Shown here piece by piece: positions 45,351-55,984 of a stretch of 64,000 bases of DNA. This stretch comes from a bacterium (GTDB taxonomy: Bacteria > UBA8248). The notes beneath the pieces are model-generated. The model was not told the DNA's origin. It made no database searches and saw only the letters and a program-made list of their open reading frames with translations. The stretch's first letter is position 1; each line of letters starts with the position of its first letter. The position numbers and the translations under genes are program-made. The DNA lies in contig CBDBBI010000010.1 of NCBI GenBank assembly GCA_965202625.1, forward strand, positions 1,120,001 through 1,184,000, given 5' to 3'.

Positions 45351-46412
45351 ATGTTGCGCCGCGCGCGAATCGGAGCGCTCTGCCTCCTGATTCTGGCGAC
45401 CGGGGCTATCGCCGCAACGGCCGCGGATTCGCAGGAGACGCGCTCCGACCAACCGGAAGAATTCCCCCCGCCGCCGCCCCTAGGTCTCGACGACGTTCCC
45501 GTGCCGGATAACAACACCATGACGCGCTCGAAGGCCGCGCTCGGAAAGCTGCTGTTCTTCGACGCGCGCCTGTCCGGCGACGGAACTGTTTCCTGCGCAA
45601 CGTGTCACGCCCCCCAGCGCGGATTCTCGAACGCGCGTCAATACGGGACGGGCGTCAAAGGCAGGCTCACGCTCAGGAACGTGCCCACGGTGATCAACGC
45701 GGCGTATCAGGAGTCCCAGTTCTGGGACGGGCGCGCGAAAAGCCTGGAGGAACAAGCCAAAGGACCCCTGCTGCACCCGAGCGAGATGGCCTCGAGCGAG
45801 GAGAAAATCATTCAGACCCTCGGATCGATTCAGGGATACAAAAAGCGGTTTCAGGAGGCGTTTGGAAGCGCGGAGGTCAATCTTAAAAGAGTCGTCCAGG
45901 CCATCGCCACTTTCGAGCGCACCCTGCTGGCGGGCAACTCCCCGTTTGATCGCTGGAAATTCAGAGGCGATGAATCCACGCTGTCGAATCAGTCGATCAA
46001 AGGATTCGAGATCTTTACATCCAGGGGGAATTGCGTGAAATGCCATTTGGTGGATGCGTTCAGCGCGCCCTTCACCGACAACAAGTTTCACAACATCGGA
46101 ATCGGGATGGATAAAAAGCCTCCGCACATCGGGCGAGAGAAGATCACGAAAAGGCACCGGGATCGGGGCAAGTTCAAGACACCCACTCTTCGCCAGGTCA
46201 GTCGGACGGCGCCCTACATGCACGATGGACGCTTCAACACGCTGGAGGAAGTGGTGGAGTTTTACGATAAGGGCGGACACCCCAACTCCCATCTCGATCC
46301 CGACATAAAACCCCTGAATCTTACGAAAGCGGAAAAAGAGGACTTAATCGCCTTCATGCACGACTTAAACGGCGATCTTCCCGACGTCAAGGCCCCCGAG
46401 CTGCCCCAATGA
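45351..46412 (+). CDS. Di-heme cytochrome c peroxidase (bCcP/MauG family)
   Basis: LFFDARLS, CATCH, FWDGRA, CVKCH and FKTPTLR..APYMHDG motifs. Confidence 0.92.
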   Translation: MLRRARIGALCLLILATGAIAATAADSQETRSDQPEEFPPPPPLGLDDVPVPDNNTMTRSKAALGKLLFFDARLSGDGTVSCATCHAPQRGFSNARQYGTGVKGRLTLRNVPTVINAAYQESQFWDGRAKSLEEQAKGPLLHPSEMASSEEKIIQTLGSIQGYKKRFQEAFGSAEVNLKRVVQAIATFERTLLAGNSPFDRWKFRGDESTLSNQSIKGFEIFTSRGNCVKCHLVDAFSAPFTDNKFHNIGIGMDKKPPHIGREKITKRHRDRGKFKTPTLRQVSRTAPYMHDGRFNTLEEVVEFYDKGGHPNSHLDPDIKPLNLTKAEKEDLIAFMHDLNGDLPDVKAPELPQ

Positions 46413-47197
46413 AGTTTCATTTTCCTCATGGGCGTCTCCGAAGACGGGCTGCGCAGGCTCCAAACCCCCGCCCCGCTCGCATACGTTCTGCGATGGTTTT
46501 CCCTCTGGTACTCGCGGGCGTTTTCCCCCTTTCGCTCGCGCCTGTATCCGTCCTGGGCGCGGAAGTGCAAGAGGGAAAGGCGCTTTTTGAGAGAAAAGGA
46601 TGCGGAGGCTGCCACGCTATCAAGGGTCCCGAACCCAGAATACCCGTCTCCATGCGCGGAGGAATAAAGGGGCCCGCCCTGTGGTTCGCCGGCAGCAAGT
46701 TCCGGCCCGGCTTCATGGCGCGATGGCTTGAAAACCCCCAATCGTTGCGCGGCGTCATATTCGGAACCATGACGAGAGGGCAATATGCGCATCCTGCGCT
46801 CTCCAGAGGGGACGCGCTCAAGGCGGCGTCTTATCTCGAGAGTCTCAAGGATGCGCAAATGCCCCGGGGGGTGGTTCCGAAATGGCGGAAAATTCCCAGA
46901 AAAGTTCTCAGGCGGGCGAGAATCCTGTTTCAGAAAAAACAGCCATGCTATTCGTGCCACATGGTGCGGATACGAGCGACGGTCTACCGGACGAAAATCG
47001 AGGTGGGCGGCTACAGCGCGCCGCACTTCAGGGGGGCGGGGCGTCGGCTGAATCCGGATTTCATCGTGGCGTTCCTCAAGAAGCCAGAGCGCTACAACCC
47101 CAACGGCAGAATGCCCGTCTATGGAGACAAGGCGTTCACGAAACTGGACGAGGAGGATTTCATCGCCCTCGCCGCCTACATCGCGAGATTCAAATGA
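46409..47197 (+). CDS. Di-heme c-type cytochrome
   Basis: Signal peptide; CGGCH and CYSCH motifs; distal MP. Start may instead be 46493. Confidence 0.8.
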   Translation: MKFHFPHGRLRRRAAQAPNPRPARIRSAMVFPLVLAGVFPLSLAPVSVLGAEVQEGKALFERKGCGGCHAIKGPEPRIPVSMRGGIKGPALWFAGSKFRPGFMARWLENPQSLRGVIFGTMTRGQYAHPALSRGDALKAASYLESLKDAQMPRGVVPKWRKIPRKVLRRARILFQKKQPCYSCHMVRIRATVYRTKIEVGGYSAPHFRGAGRRLNPDFIVAFLKKPERYNPNGRMPVYGDKAFTKLDEEDFIALAAYIARFK

Positions 47198-47622
47198 AGT
47201 CCCCGTTTTCCCGCATGGGCCGGACGCTGTTGCTCGCCCTTATGGTGGGCGGGAGCGTCGTCGGCGCGAACGCGAGCGCGCTTGCATCCCAGGCGGAAGC
47301 AGAGGCGCATTTTCACTGGTTCTGCGCCCAGTGCCACGGGCCAAAGGGAGACGGCAAGGGAGTGAACAACACGAAAAAGCTGCCCGTGAGCCCCCGGGAC
47401 CTGACGGACGCGAAGGACATGGCCCAGTTCTCCGACGAGGACATGGTCCGCACCATCACCCATGGGGGCGCCGCCAGTGACCTTTCTCCCATCATGCCGC
47501 CCTGGGGAAACGTGTTCACAAAAGCGGAAATTCGTGATTTGGTGGCTCTCATCCGCAAAATCTGTGCTTGCCGCTTCGACCCGAAGGCCAAAGAATCTCT
47601 CTTAAGAGAAGAAGGAAGATAG
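47194..47622 (+). CDS. Mono-heme c-type cytochrome
   Basis: C-terminal part of ORF 46882..47622; signal peptide, CAQCHG, PRDLTD, MPPWG and a C-terminal CAC. Confidence 0.85.
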   Translation: MKSPFSRMGRTLLLALMVGGSVVGANASALASQAEAEAHFHWFCAQCHGPKGDGKGVNNTKKLPVSPRDLTDAKDMAQFSDEDMVRTITHGGAASDLSPIMPPWGNVFTKAEIRDLVALIRKICACRFDPKAKESLLREEGR

Positions 47623-47631
47623 GCGTTTCCC

Positions 47632-48612
47632 ATGCTACCCGTGACGCGCAAGGCGATACTGGTCCTCATCCCTTTTCTACTCGCGGTTCCCGCGGTCGGG
47701 CTCTGTGCGGGCGAGACGATTCTCGTCACGAACACGCGCGACGGGACACTGAGCGTCATCTCGCGCGATTCCCACGAGGTAAGGAAGACAATCCCCGCAG
47801 GGGCGAAGGCGAATCGCCTCGCCCTCGCTCCGGACAAGCGGCGCGTCTACGTCATCAACGACGGCAGTGCGTTCGTGCGCGTTTTTGATGCGCAGTCGCT
47901 CAAATTCATCCGCCGCGTCCGCGCGGGACGCGACCCCTACAACCTGGCGTTCTCCCCCGACGGCGCGCGCGCGTATTTCGTGAACACGTATTCCGACAAC
48001 CTCACGATCCTCGACGTGGCGGCCAGAAGGCTCATCGGCGTAATCAAGCATCGAGGGGCCAACCCGGTGAACATCAAGCTCAGCCCCGACGGACGCCGCG
48101 CCTTCATCGCCAACGAGTTGAGCGAGGACGTCTCGGTCGTCGATTTGCCATCCGGAAAACTGGTGAAGCAGATAGAGGCGGGGCATTACATCGAGGGCAT
48201 CGACGTGACGCCAGACGGCAGGCGGCTCTACGTCATGAACGGAGAGCGGCACTCCTACAGCGTAGTGGACTTAAGGACGCTCAACGTCATTCAGACTGTC
48301 AAACTCTCCGGCGAGCCGCACGACGCCCTCATCACGCCAGACGGCCGCCATCTCTACGTCACCCTGCCGCATCGCAACAGCGTGGCGGTGTTCTCCCTGC
48401 CGGAGCAGAAGCGGATCGCCAAAATAAAGCAGGGCGTCCGGCCCGACCTCATCGCCTTCACCCCCGACGGGGCGCTCGCCTACGTGACGAACCGCGACTC
48501 CAGAGAGGTTTTCGTGATAGACGCCCGAAAGCACCGCAACCTCAAGAGAATCCGCGTGGGCCGCGGCCCGCACGGCGTGCTCGTGGTTCCGCCCGCGCCC
48601 GCGAATAGATAG
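47632..48612 (+). CDS. YVTN/YncE beta-propeller repeat protein
   Basis: About seven (S/T)PDG..(L/A)Y(V/F).N repeats; signal peptide. Confidence 0.88.
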   Translation: MLPVTRKAILVLIPFLLAVPAVGLCAGETILVTNTRDGTLSVISRDSHEVRKTIPAGAKANRLALAPDKRRVYVINDGSAFVRVFDAQSLKFIRRVRAGRDPYNLAFSPDGARAYFVNTYSDNLTILDVAARRLIGVIKHRGANPVNIKLSPDGRRAFIANELSEDVSVVDLPSGKLVKQIEAGHYIEGIDVTPDGRRLYVMNGERHSYSVVDLRTLNVIQTVKLSGEPHDALITPDGRHLYVTLPHRNSVAVFSLPEQKRIAKIKQGVRPDLIAFTPDGALAYVTNRDSREVFVIDARKHRNLKRIRVGRGPHGVLVVPPAPANR

Positions 48613-48732
48613 TGGATTTCCAGGGGACGTTTGCGCCTCACGCGCCGAGGCGTCTTCGTTCACCAACGTCAGAAACTGGCGGCGAGGGGACGGATCGGGA
48701 CGTGCACAATCACTCCATCTTCCACGACGTTC

Positions 48733-50718
48733 TTATTTCCAGCACTCGATGGGGAGAGTGAATCGCCTGCCCATCGCCGCGACGTCGGAGGACTTGCGCT
48801 CATCCGTTGAGGACGTCGTCTCGTAGTCAACGCCCTCGGCGTCCAGAAACGCGCGCGCGGCGCGCGCGGCGACGGCGAAGTTGACGTTCTGCGGAAAGCT
48901 GTCGGTCGCTTGGGCCATCCCCTGGACGTTGGACCGCGACACCACAACGCCGACCAAATTGCCGGCCGCATCCAGCACAGGGCCGCCGCTGCTTCCGGGC
49001 TGCACCGGCGCGGTTATCTGAATAAGACGGCGATCGTCGCCGGGATCCGCAAGCGCGCGCACGCCACCGGTGCGCACGATCGCTTCTGAAGCGAAGAGAT
49101 TCTGAACCGGATAGCCCACGACCAACACGCGCGCGCCCGGGCGGATGCCGCGCCCCTGCCGAAAGCGTGCGAACGTCCCCTCCGGCCCCCGAAGCAGGGC
49201 GAGGCCGCTCGAATCCTCACGGGCGAGCAGACGCACGCGCCCGAGGGGCGGAACGCGAAGTTCGGCGCAGTCCTGCACGACGTGGGCATTGGTGAGGACG
49301 TGGCCCGCGCTGCTCACGCGAAAGCCGGAGCCGACGAATTTTCTCTCCAAAGCACGGGAGGAAACCGGGGACAGCCTCGCCACCAGAACGGCGGACAGCA
49401 GCGCGCGCGCCAGTTCTTCGGAGAAGCGGCCGGTGACGGGCAGTTCACTCCGCTCCTCGAAGGCGCGGATGGCGGCGCCCGTCCTCGGTCCAAAAACGCC
49501 GTCGGCGGCGCCGGGGTTGTAGCCGAGTTGCGTGAGGGCACGCTGGGCGGCGGCGAGCCGGCTTCGCGCGTCGCCACTCACATCACCACCTCCTGCGCGG
49601 GCGGACACGAAGCGCTCCTCGTTCAAGCGCCAATAGACGTCCATTCCCGCGAGCGCGGCGTTTTCTCTCGCATAATCCCACGGCGTTTTTCCTGTTGGGG
49701 TTGTTGCCGCCGGGTTCGCTCCGGCGGCAAGCAAAGCCTCCACGACTCCAGGCGTCTCGTTGAACTGCGCCGCCGCGTGCAAGGGCGTCACTCCGTTTTC
49801 AGCCTCCGCGAGCACTCCGGCCCTCGCGTCCGCGTCCGCTCCGGCCTCCAAGAGCGTCGCCACAATTTCGGACGTCTCACTGAACTGCGCCGCCCAGTGC
49901 AGGGGCGTCCATCCGTCCCTGGCCGGCGCGTTCACGTCCGCTCCGGCCTCCAGCAAAGCCGCCACGATTCCGGACGACTTCTTCTGCCCCGCCGCCATGT
50001 GCAGGGGCGTCACTTCGTCCGTATTCCGCGCGTTCACGTTTACGCCGGCCCTCAGGAGCACCTCCACGACTCCGAGGGTTCTGTTGGACTGCGCAGCCGT
50101 GTGCAGGGGCGTCCATCCGATCTCATCCCGCGCGTTCACGTCCGCCCCGCCCCACACGAGCACCTCCGCGATTTCGGGCGTCTTGTTTTGTCCCGCCGCC
50201 ACGTGCAGAGGCGTCCATCCCCTCTTGTTCCGCGCCTTCAACCTCGCTCCGGCTCCCACGAGCGCCGCCACGATTCTGGGCGTCTTGCTTTGCCCCGCCG
50301 CCACGTGCAGGGGCGTCCATCCGTCCCTGCTCCGCGCGTTCACGCCCGCTCCGGCATCCACGAGCGCCGTCACGATTCCGGGCGCATCGCTGAACTGCGC
50401 CGCCATGTGCAGGGGCGTCCATCCGCTCCTGGCCGACGCGTTCACGTCCGCTCCGGCCTTCAGCAAAGCCGCCACGATTTCGGGCGTCTTGCTGAATCGC
50501 GCCGCCCGGTGCAGAGGCGTCCATCCATCCCTGGCCCGCGCGTTCACGTCCGCTCCGGCCTTCAGGCAGCGGGAGACGTCCGCCGCACCGGCACGCTCGA
50601 AAAACGGCCATGTATTCCATTTTTCGCATGAGATCTGCGCCGCCAGAGCGGGCGCGCCGAACGTCAGGGCGAGCAAGAGAAAAAACATCGCTGAAAAAGC
50701 CCCTATGCGTTTATTCAT
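48733..50718 (-). CDS. Secreted ankyrin (8 repeats) + peptidoglycan-binding + trypsin-like protease fusion
   Basis: Same signal and caps as the 15835 gene; LGYNPGAADGVFGPRT (PG_binding_1); TNAHV and PGSSGGP. Confidence 0.9.
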   Translation of the reverse strand: MNKRIGAFSAMFFLLLALTFGAPALAAQISCEKWNTWPFFERAGAADVSRCLKAGADVNARARDGWTPLHRAARFSKTPEIVAALLKAGADVNASARSGWTPLHMAAQFSDAPGIVTALVDAGAGVNARSRDGWTPLHVAAGQSKTPRIVAALVGAGARLKARNKRGWTPLHVAAGQNKTPEIAEVLVWGGADVNARDEIGWTPLHTAAQSNRTLGVVEVLLRAGVNVNARNTDEVTPLHMAAGQKKSSGIVAALLEAGADVNAPARDGWTPLHWAAQFSETSEIVATLLEAGADADARAGVLAEAENGVTPLHAAAQFNETPGVVEALLAAGANPAATTPTGKTPWDYARENAALAGMDVYWRLNEERFVSARAGGGDVSGDARSRLAAAQRALTQLGYNPGAADGVFGPRTGAAIRAFEERSELPVTGRFSEELARALLSAVLVARLSPVSSRALERKFVGSGFRVSSAGHVLTNAHVVQDCAELRVPPLGRVRLLAREDSSGLALLRGPEGTFARFRQGRGIRPGARVLVVGYPVQNLFASEAIVRTGGVRALADPGDDRRLIQITAPVQPGSSGGPVLDAAGNLVGVVVSRSNVQGMAQATDSFPQNVNFAVAARAARAFLDAEGVDYETTSSTDERKSSDVAAMGRRFTLPIECWK

Positions 50719-50789
50719 CTCTTGGCTCCTCTGTGTTTGTTTGCTCTCAACGCCAAAATATTGTCTCAAGGCGCGCGGCACCGGCCTCC

Positions 50790-51680
50790 TTAAGGCCCCT
50801 CGCCCGAAGCGCAGCGAAAGCCGATTTTGTTGTTGTGGTAATCCGGCGGGCGGTGGTAGCGATTATGGGCGGCGGCCCAGGCGATAGGGCTGCCCCAGGA
50901 GGCGCCCCGGACGCCGCGCGTCTTTCCCCTTGAGGGGCCATGCGGGTCGCGCTCAGCCATTTTTCGATACGCTCTGACATCATAGCGGTCGGCCACCCAT
51001 TCCCAGACGTTTCCGGCCATGTCCAGCGCGCCGAACGGACTCGCTCCTTTCGGAAAACGGGCCACAGGGGCGACGTCGGAAAAGCCGTCCGCCACCCCCT
51101 TCAGATTCGCTCTCAGGGCATCCCTCCGCCACCCCCAGGGATATCGTCTCCCGTCCGCACCGCGCGCCGCGCGCTCCCATTCAGCCTCCGTGGGCAGACG
51201 CCTGCCCGCCCAACCGCAATAGGCTTCCGCGTCGGGCCAGCTCACGTGGGAGACGGGCTGCGTCGGCGTCCGCTTCCAGTCTGACCGCACCCCCCGGGGG
51301 CGACGCCAGTCCGCTCCTCTCGTCTTGCGCCAATCCCCCTTTCCCCCTCGCAAGGAGGCGTCCCACGTCCAGGACCACCCGCGCCTCTGCGCCGTCGTCT
51401 CGTGTCCGGTTTTGTCGGCGAAGCGCGCGAAGCGACGCGCCGTCACCTCGGTTTGGTCGATCCAGAACCCGGAAACGAAAACCCTTCTGGGCGGTCGCTC
51501 ATCCGCATCGCCCGCCGCGCTGCCCATGGTGAACCATCCCGATGGAACGTGAAGCAAGAGGGCGCCGTCGAATCCGGACGTTCTCTCGTGCCCCCCCGGA
51601 GTTTGCGCGGAGGCGCCTGCGACGCCCCAGAAGCAGGCGAGAATCAGATAGACGAGGGACCACGCTGGAAACGTGCGCAT
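50790..51680 (-). CDS. Formylglycine-generating enzyme (SUMF1/EgtB/PvdO) family protein
   Basis: [26 protein letters not shown] and GFRCA motifs; signal peptide. Confidence 0.9.
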   Translation of the reverse strand: MRTFPAWSLVYLILACFWGVAGASAQTPGGHERTSGFDGALLLHVPSGWFTMGSAAGDADERPPRRVFVSGFWIDQTEVTARRFARFADKTGHETTAQRRGWSWTWDASLRGGKGDWRKTRGADWRRPRGVRSDWKRTPTQPVSHVSWPDAEAYCGWAGRRLPTEAEWERAARGADGRRYPWGWRRDALRANLKGVADGFSDVAPVARFPKGASPFGALDMAGNVWEWVADRYDVRAYRKMAERDPHGPSRGKTRGVRGASWGSPIAWAAAHNRYHRPPDYHNNKIGFRCASGEGP

Positions 51681-51754
51681 CCTTACAATATCCTCATTCC
51701 GCAGCGATGGGGGAGAAGCCAGGCACCGGAAACAGTCTGACAAACACGGAACGA

Positions 51755-52195
51755 TTAATCCCTCAGCGGGTCCCGGGGGTCGTCCACGAACGTCGTGCCC
51801 GCCGCCTCCTTGTTGGGCATTCCGCCGTAGGTGAATATGAGTTCCGCCGGCTCGGAGCGGCTCGGGTTCTCCTGCCCGTGAACGCATCCGCGCGGAAAAT
51901 ACACGAAATGGCCGACGGGCGCTTCTTTCCGGGCGATCTCGTCCCCCTCTTTCCAGTAAATGTTGACGGTGCCTTTTACAACGTAAATCGTGGTGTCGCA
52001 ATTTTTGTGAAAATGCAGCCCGTTGCGTCCCTCCGGAGGGATGATGGTTCTCCCCATCGTGATGGTGCTCGTTCCCGTCGTCTCCCGGTTCACCCCCCAG
52101 CGGATGTCATAGGGAGGCTCATAAGTCTTGTCTTCCGCCACGCCCAGAGAATTGATGACTTTCGGTATGGGCAAATGCTTGACGTCATCGCTCAT
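51755..52195 (-). CDS. Cupin-domain protein
   Basis: HFH....YVVKG and FPRGCVHG motifs; GGAG RBS. Confidence 0.8.
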   Translation of the reverse strand: MSDDVKHLPIPKVINSLGVAEDKTYEPPYDIRWGVNRETTGTSTITMGRTIIPPEGRNGLHFHKNCDTTIYVVKGTVNIYWKEGDEIARKEAPVGHFVYFPRGCVHGQENPSRSEPAELIFTYGGMPNKEAAGTTFVDDPRDPLRD

Positions 52196-52288
52196 ACGCC
52201 CTCCTCCAACTGGTTTTTGCAACTGGTTTTGGGGAATTGAAAATCCACTCCGCCGCGCACCGCCAGAACAAAAGGAAAATGCGCCGCC

Positions 52289-53512
52289 CTACCCCCTCGG
52301 AGGGTCGGTCCACGACACTACGTCCCTCTCCCGTAAATCCTCCAGCTCCCGCGCCTCCAGGTCGAGGAGATCAGCCAGAACCTCTCTCGTGTGTTCTCCG
52401 AGATAGGGTGCTCTGTGGAGCTTCGTCTCCGCCCCCGGAAACTTGATGGGCGAACCCAGCAGCTTCATCGCGCCCGCCGCCGGATGCTCTACCTCCACGA
52501 TCATCTCCCGCGCCAACGCCTGGGGATCCTCCATCGCCTGTGCCACGGTGTTCACCGGCGCGAACGGAACGAACCCCTGAAGCAGGGAGGTCCATTCTGC
52601 GTTCGTCTTTTGTCTGAACGCCTTTTTCAGTATATCCAGCAGATTTTCGCGATTATCAAAGCGATTCTGGGCGGTCTGGAAGCGCGCGTCCTCGGCCAGT
52701 TCCGACATCCCCATGCGCGCGACGAGGATGGGGAAAAAACGCTCTTTAAGGCACATCACGCTGATCCACCCGTCTTTCGTCTGAAAATTCTGCGCCGGCA
52801 CCATGGAGGGATGCGCGCTTTGGGAGAATTTTTGCGGCTCGTATCCGCAGTTCAGCGCCCAGGTGGCCATGTAGCCGAGTTGAAACAAGGCGCCATCCAT
52901 CAGCGCCACGTCCACATCCCGCCCCCGACCCGTGCGACTCGTCTCCCATAGCGCGGCCAGCAATCCCACGAGTGCGAGAAACCCGCCCGAGAAATCCACG
53001 AAGCTCACGCCCGCCTTCGTAGGGGGGCCATCCGGCTCGCCTGTGAGGTCCATGATGCCGGCATATGCCTGCATGAGATAATCATAGGCCGGCTCGGGTG
53101 CCCTCGGCCCCGTCATTCCAAAACCGGTGAGAAAGCAACACACGATTTTTTCGTTGTAAGGGCGCAAATGTTTATACGTGATCTCGAGCTTCTCCGGTGC
53201 TGCGCCCCGGCAGTTGGAAAACAGCGCGTCGGCCTTCGAGACGAGCCCGCGTAATATCTCCCGCCCCTCGGGCGTGCGGATTCTGAGCCCGACGCTCTTC
53301 TTGTTGCGGTTGAAGGTTTGGAAATAATAGCTGTCGTTCTGCGGAAGGGAATAGGGCGGGACGGGACGAGCGGAATCGCCCCCCACGGCATGGTCCTCAA
53401 TCTTGATGACCTCAGCGCCCATGTCCGCCAACAGCTGCGACGCCAGCGGCCCGGCGCCGAACTGCTCCACCGCCAGAATGCGAAGCCCCTCCAGCGGCCG
53501 TCTCCCGTCCAT
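52289..53512 (-). CDS. Family III CoA-transferase (CaiB/BaiF)
   Basis: LADMGAEVIKIE, NRNKKS, PAYD and APYLGEHT motifs. Confidence 0.92.
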   Translation of the reverse strand: MDGRRPLEGLRILAVEQFGAGPLASQLLADMGAEVIKIEDHAVGGDSARPVPPYSLPQNDSYYFQTFNRNKKSVGLRIRTPEGREILRGLVSKADALFSNCRGAAPEKLEITYKHLRPYNEKIVCCFLTGFGMTGPRAPEPAYDYLMQAYAGIMDLTGEPDGPPTKAGVSFVDFSGGFLALVGLLAALWETSRTGRGRDVDVALMDGALFQLGYMATWALNCGYEPQKFSQSAHPSMVPAQNFQTKDGWISVMCLKERFFPILVARMGMSELAEDARFQTAQNRFDNRENLLDILKKAFRQKTNAEWTSLLQGFVPFAPVNTVAQAMEDPQALAREMIVEVEHPAAGAMKLLGSPIKFPGAETKLHRAPYLGEHTREVLADLLDLEARELEDLRERDVVSWTDPPRG

Positions 53513-53827
53513 CAACAACCCCCTCCGATAATTCTCCCCGCCCGACGCGCGCGTTCCGCCATGCGGAATGCGCCGATTCGACGAAAGGGCACCAAGCCAG
53601 CGCGCTTCAAGCAGCCTTCCGCGTTTTCTTACTTAGGTGTTCGGCGCGCCCGCGCGAGTATAGTATGAAACAAAATGCGGAGAAAAGCATATATTTCCGG
53701 TTTCTCTCACGGGCACATTTTGCTATAATGAGTCTACGCTGTTTTGTTTCCATACGCTTGAGAGAGTTGTTGATCCATACGCCTGAAGGACTTCACTGTC
53801 TTTCACATCCTGGGAACGTGCGCATCC

Positions 53828-54574
53828 ATGGTTACGAAAATCTCGATTCAGAACTTAAGAAAAGTCTACGACACTCCTGAGAGGCGGGTCCACGCTCTCG
53901 AAGGCGTGAATCTCGACATAGAGGACGGCGAGTTCATTTGCCTCGTAGGGCTCTCCGGCTGCGGGAAGACGACGCTGCTCAACATGCTCGCCGGCTTCGT
54001 CGAGATTACCGCAGGCCAAATCACCATGGACGGGAAAAAGCTCTCTCAGAATTACGACAAGGGCGTCGTGTTTCAGGAATACGCTCTGTTTCCGTGGCGC
54101 ACGGCCAGACAAAACGTGGAATACGGCCTGGAGATCAGAAACGTGCCCGAGGCCGAGCGCAAAAAAATCGCGCTTGATTTTCTACGCCTCGTTCGCCTTG
54201 AGGATTTCGCGGATTTCTTTCCGCACAACCTCTCGGGCGGAATGCGCCAACGCGTGGCGGTGGCGCGCGCCATGGCCTTTGACCCCCAGGTGCTCCTGAT
54301 GGACGAGCCCTTCGGGGCACTCGACGCCCAGACGCGCGAGGAATTACAGGAGCTGACCGTCGACGTATGGCAGAAAACGAAAAAGACGATCATCTACGTC
54401 ACGCACAACCTGAGCGAAGCCGTCTATCTGGGAAACCGTATCGTGGTGTTCGTCCCGAATCCGGGGAGAATCAGGGAGATCATGAAGGTGGACATTTCCC
54501 GCCCCAGGGACGACCTCGCGCCCGAGTTCATCAAACTGCAACGCCGGGTGAACGATTTGATCCGCGATTTTTAG
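53828..54574 (+). CDS. NitT/TauT ABC ATP-binding protein
   Basis: GLSGCGKT, LSGGMRQR and MDEPFGALD motifs. Confidence 0.92.
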   Translation: MVTKISIQNLRKVYDTPERRVHALEGVNLDIEDGEFICLVGLSGCGKTTLLNMLAGFVEITAGQITMDGKKLSQNYDKGVVFQEYALFPWRTARQNVEYGLEIRNVPEAERKKIALDFLRLVRLEDFADFFPHNLSGGMRQRVAVARAMAFDPQVLLMDEPFGALDAQTREELQELTVDVWQKTKKTIIYVTHNLSEAVYLGNRIVVFVPNPGRIREIMKVDISRPRDDLAPEFIKLQRRVNDLIRDF

Positions 54575-54587
54575 AGAGGACCATTCC

Positions 54588-55514
54588 ATGCGAACATCCG
54601 AGGCAGCATCCGCTCCCCAGGCGATGGACGAGGTGAAGCAGAAGCCGAGGTCTCCCATATGGGTAAAGCTGCGGCCGGTGTATCCGTTCATCGTCATTCT
54701 GGCCATCTGGCAGGTCGCCGCCATGCAGGCCCAAGGCAACCAGGGGAGGCTGTTCCCCACCGTCGACGCGATCTTCTACAGGGCGTGGGAACTGATCACG
54801 GATCCCCTGTTTCGGGCACTGGCCGAGGACCCGAACCTGGGGTTTGCGGATCAGATGTGGAAGCTTCTGGAGAGTCCCATTCTGCTTCATACGATCAGCA
54901 CCGCGTGGCGTCTTCCGTTCTCGTTTCTCATCGCCGCCGTCGTCGGCATCATCGTGGGCATTCTCATGGGGCGCTTCGCCTTCTGGGAGTCGTTCTTTGT
55001 GCCACTCCTCTCCGTGCTGCTCCCGATTCCCGCCATCGCGTGGACGCCCATCGTCGTCATCTGGTCGGGCATCGGGAATCAAACGGTCATCGTCATCACG
55101 GCCTTCGCCTCCTTCCTGCCCATCGCCATGGCCGTCTGGACGGGCGTGAAAACCGTCAACCCCGTATGGATACGCGCGGCGCAGTCGATGAATGCGGACA
55201 AAATGACGATTTTTCGCACCGTCGTCCTGCCCGGCTCCCTGCCGATGATCCTGAGCGGAATGCGCATCGGCCTGGCGCGCGCCTGGCGGGCGGGCGTGGG
55301 AGCGGAGGCGTTCGCCGGCATTCGCTGGGGACTTTCCGCCGGCATCTTCGACGCGCAAGAATACCTCGACATCGCGTTCATGATGGTCGCACTCGCCGTC
55401 CTTGGCCTTTTCGGCTTCATTCTGGAGAAAGTGCTCTTTCAGCCCATCGAAAGCCGAACCGTTATCCGCTGGGGCATGATGGAGGCGATGGGCGCCCAGG
55501 ACAAAAAAGTCTGA
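54588..55514 (+). CDS. NitT/TauT ABC permease
   Basis: PIPAIAW and VLPGSLP.ILSG.R motifs. Confidence 0.88.
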   Translation: MRTSEAASAPQAMDEVKQKPRSPIWVKLRPVYPFIVILAIWQVAAMQAQGNQGRLFPTVDAIFYRAWELITDPLFRALAEDPNLGFADQMWKLLESPILLHTISTAWRLPFSFLIAAVVGIIVGILMGRFAFWESFFVPLLSVLLPIPAIAWTPIVVIWSGIGNQTVIVITAFASFLPIAMAVWTGVKTVNPVWIRAAQSMNADKMTIFRTVVLPGSLPMILSGMRIGLARAWRAGVGAEAFAGIRWGLSAGIFDAQEYLDIAFMMVALAVLGLFGFILEKVLFQPIESRTVIRWGMMEAMGAQDKKV

Positions 55515-55984
55515 TCAAAAGCGCTCTTGAGCGCATAAAAGCATCCATCTCCGGCGGGTGCGGCGGCGTCCGGTTTCGTCTGGCGCGTCATGGAGCGAAG
55601 CGCCAAATCCTCACAACCTCCACAAGACGCTGGATTTGCCGGAATCGCCGTGCGCGTCTCCCCTAGCCTTGTCCGACGACGCCCCTGAGGACATGAATTC
55701 GCCCGGCAAAATTTCTTATTTTAAGGCACCTGCAACAGCCGGAAAAACGGGTGAAAACGGCGTTTTTTCGTTTTTTTCACGTGAAATTCGCAATGACGTA
55801 AAGGGAGTGCAAGGGTAGGGAAGGTCCACCGATAAGGCGTTGAAAATGTGGGCGTCGCTCCATTTAGCACCGCCCTATCGCGACGCGCGATGATTTTCGT
55901 TTTCCGCAACTCCGCAACGTCCGAAGGGCGAAAAACCGTCGCCCGCGGAAAGCGGACGGCGGTGCGGCTGCACGCGGAGAGAGG

